Shown here piece by piece: positions 38,722 through 50,100 of a DNA stretch of 64,000 nucleotides. Every line of letters starts with the position of its first letter. Positions within the stretch are counted from its first letter, which is position 1. The translations under genes were made by a program, and so were the position numbers. The stretch is from Marsupella aquatica (taxonomy: Eukaryota > Plantae > Marchantiophyta), in contig OZ316892.1 of NCBI GenBank assembly GCA_973895155.1, positions 28,172,307-28,236,306 of the forward strand, in the 5' to 3' direction. The notes under the pieces are model-generated. The model ran no database searches and was not told where the DNA came from. It saw only the letters and a program-made list of their open reading frames with translations.

Positions 38722-39381
38722 ACCTCAGACATGGAAAACTGTCGTAAGCCCTTCGAGATTTTTATCTTAGTAGTTTTCAGTGCCCTTTGAAGAATAATGC
38801 ACGGTCCAGATATGGATCGCGGAATAAACTGCTTTTATTGAAAATAGTAACAATGAAAAATCTCAAAGGCCTTTGAGTATGTTAAACCGTTGTTGGCGGT
38901 GCATCATGGGAACCAATAGCCGCTCAAAACTCCAGCTAGAGCTTTCTCATTACTTGGGGAGTTATGCCCCAATTTGCCCTGTTACCACATCTCTAGCCCT
39001 CATATTTTGGGTCCTTAGGGCATGATTACCAGGATGCTACTATGTGAGCAAAGACTTTGTCATTTATTACTTTGTATTTTTTAGTACATTAATTCTTCAT
39101 ACAACCTCCCTTCTTTTGAGGAGGGGATTATGGAAAACATCGTAGCATTATGGAAAACATCATAAATGTAGTAAATGCAAAAACCCAAATATAGTTTTAC
39201 TATATAAAACAAAATGGTAAATTGTATCAAAGATCACAAATTTTGATTTTGATTTCTTTCATATTTTAGGCCAATTGTAGAACAATTACTTAGTGCATGG
39301 CCCTTTAACTTCAATTTTCTCTTTCAGAGATTCACTTTGTCTTGTCTATTACCAAAAAATCACTTAAATTTTTATATATGT

Positions 39382-39489
39382 TAATGCCCTGGTTACAAGC
39401 ATTATGAGAATAATGCCCCCCAAAACTTGGGCTTCCATCCTCATTTCTGGGGACATTATAACTCATAATGCCCTCTAACCAAGATATTA
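39382..39489. mobile_element. Small fold-back / MITE remnant (~110 bp)
   Basis: TAATGCCCTGGTTACAAGCATTATGAGAATAATGCCCCCA is an imperfect inverted repeat of TGGGGACATTATAACTCATAATGCCCTCTAACCAAGATATTA. Confidence 0.65.
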
Positions 39490-40130
39490 TCCTATTCTTA
39501 GTGTTTTGCAACTATATGCCTAGTGCCATGCGTGAACCCCCCTCCAGCTGTACCTTCACCCTGGAGTAGGTTCCCCCAGCCCACCTTTACTGGAATGAGG
39601 GTGTTGACTATTGCCTGTGGGCAAAACCTATTACATTTTGGTCCCCCTCACTTCCACCCCTTGTGGTAGAAAGGGGTTAATTTGGGCAGATTATGAGCCT
39701 TCAATTGTCCTTAGACCAATGATGTGCCATCTCGGGTCAGTCTAGTCTGGCTAAGCCAACCCACATACGAAAATTGGGGGCAACCCTATAGTTAAACTAG
39801 TTTTGGGGTACGGTAGTGATTTTAAACTAGCTTGGAGGGCCGGAAAGTAAAATATTGTTTCTCCTTAAGTGCTCAGCATCTCAAGATTCACTTCAACTTT
39901 CCAAGAAGCCTATTTTAGTTGATGCCCATCACATTTGTGAACCCTATAAATGCCAAAAGCAAGATGCATTTCAAGGCTAATTCTGGTTGATGAGGCAGCT
40001 AGTCAGACCGATGCCTTTAATTTTCCTATCCTCATTACTGTAAGCCAGGCCAGGTCCACCCAAATTGCATGGTTCAGGGGCAAGGTCACTCTGGGGTTCA
40101 GCTCCTCGTACACAATTTATTCTATTTAAA

Positions 40131-40462
40131 CTAGGAAAAATCTATCAAATTATCCCTACAAGCTCTTAAAATGATCATACTACACTACAAGTTGGAAATT
40201 AATTTACAAAATTACCTCTCTGATAGTTGGGCTGAGTGTTCGGTGTTCCTTGTTTCATATGATGGCTGTAGCTTCATTGCTGAACCTCGATGGTGCACAA
40301 TTCGTTTGCCCTATGAAACAATCTTTATTAGGGCGGTGGGCATAAATAACAGTTGTACCAGATAAATAAAAGGGGAGGTCATTTCAATTGTATTTTTGTA
40401 AACTTTGAGGGTACTTTGTTAAATTTGGCAAACTGTAGGGGTGATCTAGTATTTTTTCCTAG
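40131..40462. mobile_element. MITE-like element with degenerate GGAAAAA-type TIRs (Mutator-like)
   Basis: CTAGGAAAAATCTATCAAATTATCCCTACA vs reverse complement of TGTAGGGGTGATCTAGTATTTTTTCCTAG; no clean TSD. Confidence 0.5.
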
Positions 40463-43400
40463 AATTTAACACACACTTATCCAAAAAGCTCTCATAGACC
40501 ACAATATTTGACAGGATACTCAGATACATCTCCAAAACCCATTTGCATAATTTTGAGATGTTATTTTTAACTGAGATTGTACATTTCTTTGAATGGATGT
40601 TCACATTTTCGGGTGTCAAAAAGTGCTTGGTCCATGGGAGTCCTCAAGGTGGCCCATAGAGCATCATTTTGGAAAACAAACTCCTAAAATGTACCAGACA
40701 ATATTGTTAGGAACTACTCAAATGGAGGATCTCACGGGCAGGCGCCAATTTGTTTGTCACACAAAGATGTAGTTTTCCTTTATTTACTTTTAAGTAACAT
40801 TTATCAAATGAAGCCTGGATGAAGTTGAATCTTGGGTGGATCACAATAGTTTACCACAAATCTTTAATTACTGTAAACCTAAACCATTAACTAAAGGCAT
40901 ACCAGGTTCTGACCTTACTAAAATAAAAGGAGAAGTTCCATAACTCCTCTACCCATGTCTCAACTGTGCATTCATCTCCATAAGGCACCCTAAATTGCAA
41001 AGATAAAATTTCCAAATGGCATTGTTATAGATTGGCGTAGTGCAAAAGTCTTTATAACTTGCACTTACAACTTAGTGCAAACCATGTATAATTGGATATC
41101 TGGATGGTGCAGTGATCAAGAATAAGTGCATGGCTTGGGAGTGAAGTATTTCAAAGGAGTTTGAGCAGTTGGGCAGGGGTCCTCAATTTTCTACACACTT
41201 AATCAAAACAGCATACATAGCTCTGTTCTTTGGTCACTTTCCTTTGTAACACACTGGGCAGCTCCTTAAACCTGCATTACCAAGATAGATTACTGTACTG
41301 CGAAAAGCTTAGAACTCATAACTTATCACACAGTGCAAAACATCTACAAGCGCATAGCTGGACGGCCTTATCTAATGAAACTACTATATGGTGAATCCAT
41401 CTTCCAGTATTTTGTCTTATTCAAACTTCTTTTCTTGTGTATTTTAATTCAATGTGTCTTACCACGGTGCATCCCTTGTATACTTTAGATTTTGAAATTA
41501 ATCTGGTACCCCCCTAAATTTTTCAATCTTTGATATACTTTTGATCATCCACCCTTTAACAAAGGTCAGGGAAGTTCTAGCCCTTAGTGAAGAAGAAATG
41601 ATCTAATTAAAGTGCATTCCTCATGTCTTTAAGTTCTACTCATGGTTTTGTGTCCTAAATTTATGGTTTTAATTCATATGACTGTCATTATCTAAGATAA
41701 GTACATAAATATTTTTATTGGTGTATAGTATGTGCAGAACCCAATATCATAGACTTAAATTTTTCCTGTTCATTATTATTTTGCTTGATATGTGTACTTT
41801 TATTCTTGTACCTTATATGCACAACTTTCATTATTACTTTGCTTTATATGTGTACTTTTATTCTTGTACCTTATGTGCAATAAACCCTTATTCAATGTTC
41901 AATGTCACGCTTCCTAATCAATGTCCTATTTATATTTGCCACAAAAACATAGATCACTTGTATTTCACTAAAAAACTTAAACTTTTTGCTAGGACAAAAT
42001 AACTTTTCATGTTCCAGGATGAGTATGCTATATCTAGAATCCACTCTAGTCCAATTTCCTGAGAGCGCCACTAGCCATGAGAATACCTGGATCCACCAGG
42101 TTTCAACATTTTTAGTACATTTTCCTTGAAATTATGAAGCAAAGTCTCGAGGTAGAGGAGGAGCATATGAAATAAAATAAAATATGGATTTTTTCCCCTT
42201 TTACATGGCCAGTGGTGGTTTAATTAGAACTCCATGTGTAGTCCTCAAGAGTTGCACTAACGCAGATGTCCTTCAGATTTCAACACACTTCATTGCAACA
42301 GCGTACATCAGTCAGTTGCATTTACTAATACACATATTCACCCCACATCTTCCTAAATTCCAAACCCTAAGCAGATGGACTACTGCAGTGCACAAGTCTT
42401 TACACCTTGCACTTATCTGGTAGGTCTTTCCCGTGACACACATCTTCAATGGACATCTCCCTAAACCCTAAACCAACAAGATAGAGATTACTTTAGTGCA
42501 AAAGTCTCTAAAACTTGTGCATATCTAAGTTAGCTGGATGGTGCAGTTATCAAGAACAATTTAAGGAGCATTCCCATTGAATGGTCAGGTCAGGCTAAAC
42601 AGTCCTCCAATTAGGTTTTAAGTGCAAATGCACAACAACGGGTCGGTTTCCTTCCCCATGGGAACTCGGTATCTCTCCGGGAGGCCTCCCATGTCATTCA
42701 AAATTTTCTCCCCTTGCCATTGTTGCACACGCCAACCTTCACTTATCACACTACCGTGCCTCTTATACAAAAGCAAATGCCGTCTCACAAGCGGCCCGTG
42801 AGGCACTCGCATCGCAACAGGGTACAACCAGGCAATAATTTTATCGGGTACTGAAATATGAGTGGGGTTGTGGCACATTGTATGCAGGAACTCGTATTCC
42901 TTCAAAATTCAGGACCTCTTATTGTTCCTTGCGTGACTGGTCAGCCCTCACATTCGGTGCCCGGCCAGTCATGACCGTCGCCCCGACCCGTAACAATTTC
43001 GGGCACGGCCAAAGCTTAAAGTATATGTTTAAGGTCCCTCCATGCACCTTAATGGCGTATTGGGGGCAACCGTATGCCGACCCGCGGGAGCGGGGAGGTG
43101 TACGGGAGCCCCAATACTCCATTAAGGTGCGGAGGGGGACCCTAAATATTCGTTAAAGGTCATGGGGTTTTCAAAACCCAAATATACGATCACGATTGGA
43201 GGTGCCTGGCGTGGATTGCATGTCCGCCATCCCTCGACGGCCCAGATTTCAGGACGCTACTGTACGTGCCCTAGGGGACGGTCGAGATTGAGGTGCGCGT
43301 GTTCAGCCTCCTTCCGGCAGCCAGATTTGAGGGGGATGTGTCTTGCCTCGGTGGCTCCTGTGATGCCCCATCCGCATCCAATCTAGGCCGGTCATTTGAA

Positions 43401-44093
43401 AACTAAGCACAGATTTCAGATCGCAGGGTTTAGGTTATCCAACGGGTGGTCGATATTGGACGGCTGAGATTGGGAAGTCCGAGTCGGTTGATACCTGGGC
43501 AGGTGTTACTTAGGTGTGCCCTCACGATTGCTTGACCTCATTCCATTTTTTGTGGACGCTGTCAGGCTGCGGAGTTCCAGTTGTCTACGGGAGGACCATT
43601 TTAGAGTCGGCAGCACTCTTTACACAGGCTTGGAGTTTCAGCAATGGATCGTTGTTCTGGAGGGTGCGCACCACTGACAGGCCGTGGAGATTGTGAGGCT
43701 TTGAGATTGCGAATGCGCAGGATTGGCACCTTCAGAGTCATCTGTGAGGCATTTCCATGCTTTATTGAATGTTCATCTTTGAATGTTTTGTGATTGAATT
43801 GTCGACATTGCATGCTTACGAATCCTCTTTTCATATTTGCTAGGTTCTAATTACTTTTGCCTGCGACTGGTTTTAACTATCTGCACAAAGTTGTCGATTG
43901 GAGTGTAGGACGAAAGTGGTCAATAATGCCTCGCAAATCATCACCAGGTTTTGTTGATGGCTTTATTGCATTCATTGACATTGAATGCACTCGTTCATAT
44001 TCACTTATTGCTCTTCGCCTATCGACTGCTTCATCGATCACCATTTGGAGGCGCTTACTGCTATTCAACTGTTGATTGCTTCAGCATTGTCCA

Positions 44094-44330
44094 CTGTCGA
44101 TTGCTTCACTTACTGCTTTGACTGTCGACTGCTTGAACACTTACTGCTATTCGACTCTTGATGTTTGTCTCAGCTGTGAACACTAGTAGAGCCGATCGAG
44201 GCCTCATTTTAGACTGTCGACTGCTTCACTTACTGCTTTGACTGTCGACTTCTTCACTTATTTCTATTCAACTCTTGATGTTTGTCTCAAATGCGGACAC
44301 TAGTAGAGCCGATCGAGGCCTCGCTTTTAG
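44094..44330. repeat. Tandem duplication (~120 bp x2) just upstream of the recombinase ORF
   Basis: ACTGTCGA.TGCTTCACTTACTGCTTTGACTGTCGAC...CACTAGTAGAGCCGATCGAGGCCTC..TTTTAG occurs twice. Confidence 0.9.
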
Positions 44331-44404
44331 TGGACTGATTGACTCCTTAACGCCAATGACTCCCAGAGGTTGCTAGAGAGCAAGCGCCATCCTTCAGCTT
44401 GGGC

Positions 44405-46315
44405 ATGTCAGCCATGACATCGACTATTGCAGCAGCGGGAGGAATGATCATCGAGCCAGTAGGCGAATGTTCATCCGGTGCTGATTCTTTTTCTTGTTTA
44501 GAATCAGACATTCAGAATCTGAATGGTGATCCTGACTTGATTGGGCTTGAGTCCATGGCAACCCAGCACCTTACTGTTAATCTTCCAAACGGAATGTGTT
44601 GCGAGTTCTTACCAAAAGATGAGCAATTTCAACGTACCCTTGCTCAGGGTGGGAGCAACCCCAGCGCTGCTGTAGATAAGTGGGCTACAAATCGTCTGAC
44701 TAAGTTTTGTGAGTTTAAGGGCTGGAATAGCGCCATTCCATTCGAGGAACTCCCTGGCCAAGATTGTGTGTTACTTTTGTCAAAGTTTTTTGAGCAGGTC
44801 TGTAAGAAGAATAGTATTCTCTATCCCTCCCAGACCTTGATGGGGCTGTATCGAGCGTTTCACCGGAATTTGCGTAAGAAGCAAGAGAAGCACATTGTCA
44901 AAACAGGTAAGGAAGAACCTGTGTTCGACATGAGATCGTCGCCTCAATTCAAGCCGGTTGCTGTTGCGTGCATGCTGGCTATGGAAGGCAGGGGCAAACT
45001 TGCCCGAGAAGAAAGCCTTTGTGATCACTTTTCCTGATGAGGCCACCATACTCGCTCATTCTAGTACCTCTGTTTCACACTCTAGGGGCTTGCAGCGGAG
45101 GGCGGTTTTCTTTTTGTTGAATTAATTTTGTATTTGTGGTGGTAAGGAGCTGTATAATCTCATGAAATCTGACTTTGCTTTTGGAGCTGATGTTCATGGT
45201 GATTTTGTGAAGTACGATGAGCGATTCAGCAAGAACTACAGGGTAAGTATGGATCGCTATCAAGAGGAGCATTTCAGGCCCGCTGTCATAAACTATGATT
45301 TTGATGTGATCGAGACCATAAAGATGTTGGTCCTTCATCTACCCGTAAGTGCCACTTTTTTTTATTTTATCAGTGTATTGACCACCCAAGGACACATTCG
45401 TGGTATTCGACATCGAGACTCGGTGAGAAGACCCTTGGCTCTTGTCTAAAAGTGTTGCATCAGGAGGCTGGCCTCGATACAGATGGTGTCTCCAATAAAA
45501 CTGGACGTACCACTTGTATTTCGCGAATGGGAGCTGAGGGTGTTCCACCAAAGGTTGGGATGAAGATCTTAGGTCACAGGTCATACCTCTCATACCTTAA
45601 CCTGAGACAGTAACTTTGGAGACAGCAAATGACAAGAGGGTGCTTATTGATGGTGAGAAGTGTAAAGATTGGTCTGGGCCTGATGTATCCCTGGTGGACG
45701 AGCCACAGGCTAAGAAACTGAAGGATGGAGCCGGGTTGCTGCCATCCGAAGGTAATAAAGCAGTCTTTCATTCTCAATTTTGCTCGGTCAATTACTTGTG
45801 CTCAGTTTGCTCAGTCTATGAATATTTGTGAATAAAACTAATTTGTTTCATTGTGAGTGCAGCTGCCGATTCTGCAGAGTCGGCATTGCCTTCTGTGACA
45901 GAACTGGAGCCTACTCTCTAGCAAGTAGTTGAGCCGGTGATAGAGGTTGCGGCTACTGAAGCTGTCACAGCAGCTGCGAGCGTTGAGCTCTTGGCACCTA
46001 CTGTCGAACGGGGCCTGAGCACATTGGACAATATTGTTCCGACTCGTTTCATTGAAGATGAACAGGATAAAGACTTTGATGTTTTTTTTGAGTCCATGGA
46101 TTCGGATGCTTTAAGTTGTTCTGATCCAAGATTTAAGGGCTCGGCTGCCAAACTTGGCCATTGTTAACCCTGTGATTAACATTGTCTTTGAAAAGATTAA
46201 GGCATTGACAAATTGCACTATGAATGGCTGCAGTTTCAGTCTCAACTTTGGTCCTCATGGAGTAGGGCCTTCAGGAGGTGGAGGAGGACCGTCCTCTGGA
46301 CTTTCATTAAACTAG
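44405..46315 (+). mobile_element. Decayed Crypton/DUF3504-like tyrosine recombinase gene (frameshifts and stops)
   Basis: Stitched translation: LLSKFFEQVCKKNSILYPSQTLMGLYRAFHRNL...(fs)GANLPEKKAFVITFPDEATIL...RGLQRRAVFFLLN*FCICGGKELYNLMKSDF...FVKYDERFSKN...(fs)WYSTSRLGEKTLGSCLKVLHQEAGLDTDGVSNKTGRTTCISRMGAEGVPPKVGMKILGHRS...; C-terminal LTNCTMNGCSFSLNF. Confidence 0.85.
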
Positions 46316-47177
46316 TCACATGTTAGCCTGTGAGGCATTATAGACATTGACCAAGGCACATATTAGCGTGAGGCATTGAGACTTTAGCATGAGAGGTTGT
46401 AGATAGTTGTAGTCAGCATATTATAGATTGCACGAGACTCTGGATTGCTGCCAGATTACATACTTATATTCTTTAGACAACTAATTGTTGTCAAGAACTC
46501 CTTATGGGGATTCATTTTTTAGACTCTGTCGAGTCATTGTAATTTTTGCATTACATATGAATAAAGTCTTATCCCCCAGTGTGGGATTTCTCCGTATTCA
46601 AGTATTTGTGTCATGCGTATCAATACACCCAAAATATGACCACAAATAATGAGATATAAAGGTGCACACGTGGCAAGCTGTGGTAAGCGGAGAGGGATTA
46701 AGAAAAACCCACTACCCTTAGGGCCAACTCGCATGTCGAGAGTCCTTCACAATGCGGCCCTTAGACTGCAACATGTCGTGATAAGAATTGATAATTGTGC
46801 AATCCCGTAAGCCCCTCCTTCGGCAGGCCTGACTGCAGGTCTGGTGGGGACCCAAGGGCAAGGTCCGGAAACTTTCCGGCCCTTGCAGGTCCTGACCTCT
46901 ACTTTGCTAATAAAACAATCCTCAAGCTTCTATACATAGCACGTCCTGGACTGTCGCTGACAGAATGATAACCATGACCTTGTACTGGTTTCTCTGATTG
47001 GTATAGCAGATCACACTTTTCCCTGAAGTGGCGCATTGTGAAGGAGTGTCTACATGCGAGTTGGCCCTTAACGATCGACTCATTTGAGACGCCCTACTAC
47101 TTTCTGCACCCAAAGGTTGAATAATGGGTGTAAAATGCCGGTACCAGGGGGGTGAGCTCTAATACCTTGGGACGACT

Positions 47178-50100
47178 TCACTCCCAAGGAGTTACGGCAG
47201 TGGGGCAGAGGTCCCTCACTTTGCTGCACACTCCATGGCAACAGCATACAGAGCTCTGTCGTTCGGTCGGCCTCCGCTCGTAACAGAGTCGTTCACCGGA
47301 CACGTCCACCCAGCCCCTCCTTCTCAGTGTCGATTCATCCAGCGGGACAGAGTTCCAGACCTCGAGCCGAAATCTCTGAGCTATGGCCGTCGTGTTGGTG
47401 CCCTCCTCCTCCTCTCTTTGCCTTCCCAAGCTGTCCGGTAGTTTCTTCAGGCGGGAGCAGCCATTGAGCTTCACATGTCGTAGTGATGAAATCTGCCCAA
47501 GGCTCTTTGGAAGGCTCTTCAATTTACGACAGAAGTTAATCGTGAGCCTCTCCAGAGACACGAGACGCCCAAACTCTTTGGGCAATTTGTTCAACGAGTT
47601 CATGGATTCTAGTTCGAGGTCCTTCAGAGATGTCCTCATATCGCGAAGAGTCGGCAGGACTCTTGTGTTTGTACCTTTGAGCGTTAGTTTGAGCTCCCCG
47701 AAAGGGAAATGCTCGAAGCCTTTGGGCAGCTGCTTGTGTCCGTCGCAATCGAAGGTCAGCTTTCGCAACGATGATAATCGGGTCTCCGGTACACTCCGTA
47801 AGCGTGGCATCAGGATATTCAGTTCCTTTAGAGAACGAATGTGGCCAATGCTCTCCGGCAGAGTCTCCAGGCGTTCGGCGGTGATGCGCAAAGTTTCGAG
47901 AGAACGGAGCTGGCCGATGCTCTCCGGCAGAGTCTCCAATGTTGCGGCAGTAATGTCTAGATGTTGTAGAGAAGGGAGCTTTCCCCAATCGCCGGGCAGC
48001 TCCTGTAGACCCTGGCAATTAATTGATACTCTGACTAGGGGGCATAATTGCCGGAAACTTTCGTCCTCTGAAGCCAGCTTCCATAAAATGTCAGGCACCA
48101 TCTTGAGATCACGACTAGAGATCCTCAAAAAGTTCGGGCGAGTTTGGTACCGTGGAGATATACGGACGAGCTCAGCGCCTGAGATATATAGTTTCAAGGT
48201 ATTCAGAGACGTTAGGTTCTCCATACTTGAGGGGAGAGCGTCTACTTTATGAGCATGGAGTTCGAATGTCTCCAGCTGAGCGAGCTCTCCAAGCGTTTCG
48301 GGCAATTCCTTCAGTTCATGACAGTATAATTCCAACCGTCGGAGTGATGCGAGAAAACCTAGACTGTACGGAAGGGTTACGAGTTCGTAACCCCTTATCG
48401 TCAACTCCTCCAGTGTAGAAAGAAGCCCGAAATTTGCCGGGAGCCTTCTGATACCGTTCCCCGTCAGTTGGAATTGTCGTAGTGCGGATAAGTTGTCAAA
48501 TGACTCCGGCAACTCTTCCAGGTCATAGCATCTGCATATAGTTAGCCGTCGAAGTCCAGACAGCTTAGAAAAACACTCCGGTAGACGCCTGAGCCGCGGA
48601 CAGTTGCTGATGGCAATCTCTTCCAGGCAAGGAAGGCCGCGGCCGAAGGAGTCCGGTAGACGCTGCAGCAGAGGGCAGTCGGAGATGCTCAAACGTTTCA
48701 GCGACTTGAGGTTGCGGCCAAACGAGTCCGGTAGACGCTGCAGCAGAGGGCAGTCGGAGATGGTCCAACGTTTCAGCGACTTGAGGTTGCGGCTAAACGA
48801 GTCAGGCAGGGCTGCTAAACTTGTCATATCTGCAATTCGTAACGTTAACAGAGAGGAGAGGTCCCCTACAGATTCGGGTAGAGATGACAGGTCCCCTATA
48901 GGTTTGGGTGAGTACCTGCCTGCCACGCCTGTTAAGAACAGGTATTCCAACGCTGATAGCTTGCCTATTGCTTCGGGCAATGTCAGATCACCTGCACAGC
49001 CTATATCCAAGGATGTCAAGCGAGTAAGATTGCCGAAATTCTCTGGCAGGTACTTCAAACCTTTCAAGCGACGAAGGGTTAACATGCGCAGGTTGCTGAA
49101 ATTCCCTAATGTTTCAGGAAAATCCTTTAGGATCTGGCACTCTCGGAGGTCCAGGACAGCTAAATTATCCATTTTGTTGCTCATGTCACCGTTCATCGTC
49201 CTCGAAGCAAGCGGGATCCTGTGAAGCTCTATTGACTTTAATCCTTTGAGTCTAATCAAAGAATCTGATTGAAGCAGCGGCCCGTGTGAATTCTCCAGAT
49301 AGCTGAGTTGCAAAATTCTTGTAGTTGAATTCACCTGGTGACACAAGAAAGTCACACATAAGAGTCCAAAGCAATTATGCACGTATGCAGGACAGCAATT
49401 GAGAACAACAGAACTTGGCATGACACGACTAAACCTTGTGCTGAGACAAAGACCTAATGCTCAAGGTAGAGTGTCCTCGGAAAAATATACTTCTACTTCT
49501 ACTTTAGAAACCTACACTAATGTTAATACACGTTATCCACAACACAGGATAGATTTACCTGATTTCGATTTAGCATATGCACTAACTTTTTGGCCTCGTC
49601 ACCGGTCCCTGATGCCATGTCGCTATTCCCAACACTAGTAGCGAGGTCTCGCAGACTCTCGTGCACCGACACTTCATAGCAACTGCCGTTCCAGACTTCC
49701 TGCACCAAAGACCTGCTCACCAAGTTTGCCCAATTTGTCTCGTGATTCGCACTGGCCGCTTTGCTCCATACCACGAGGGCCTTGTGCAACGGCCGTTTGA
49801 AGAAAAACGTGGCGGCATCATTGAACATCTCCTTTTCCTCGTCTGAAAGGGCATCATAGCTGACTCGCAATGATGCCAACAGTCTCTGATCTCGACTACT
49901 AATGGCTTCTGCTCTCTCCAGCTTGTACCTGGTCTCCTCCCAGGCCTTATTAGCATTAGCATTAGCCTCATGGCCCCGGAGATAGCGGCCCAGAACTTCC
50001 AGAGTAAGTGGCACCCCTTCACACTTCCTTACAATGGCGTTGACAATTTTTTCGAAGAGACTCCTCTCAGCACAGTCTGGAATGTCGACCAAGCCAAACG

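Noticed and set aside
47383-49224. Long plus-strand ORFs (289 aa and 206 aa)
   Set aside because: Antisense shadows of the Leu-rich LRR exon with no independent motifs.
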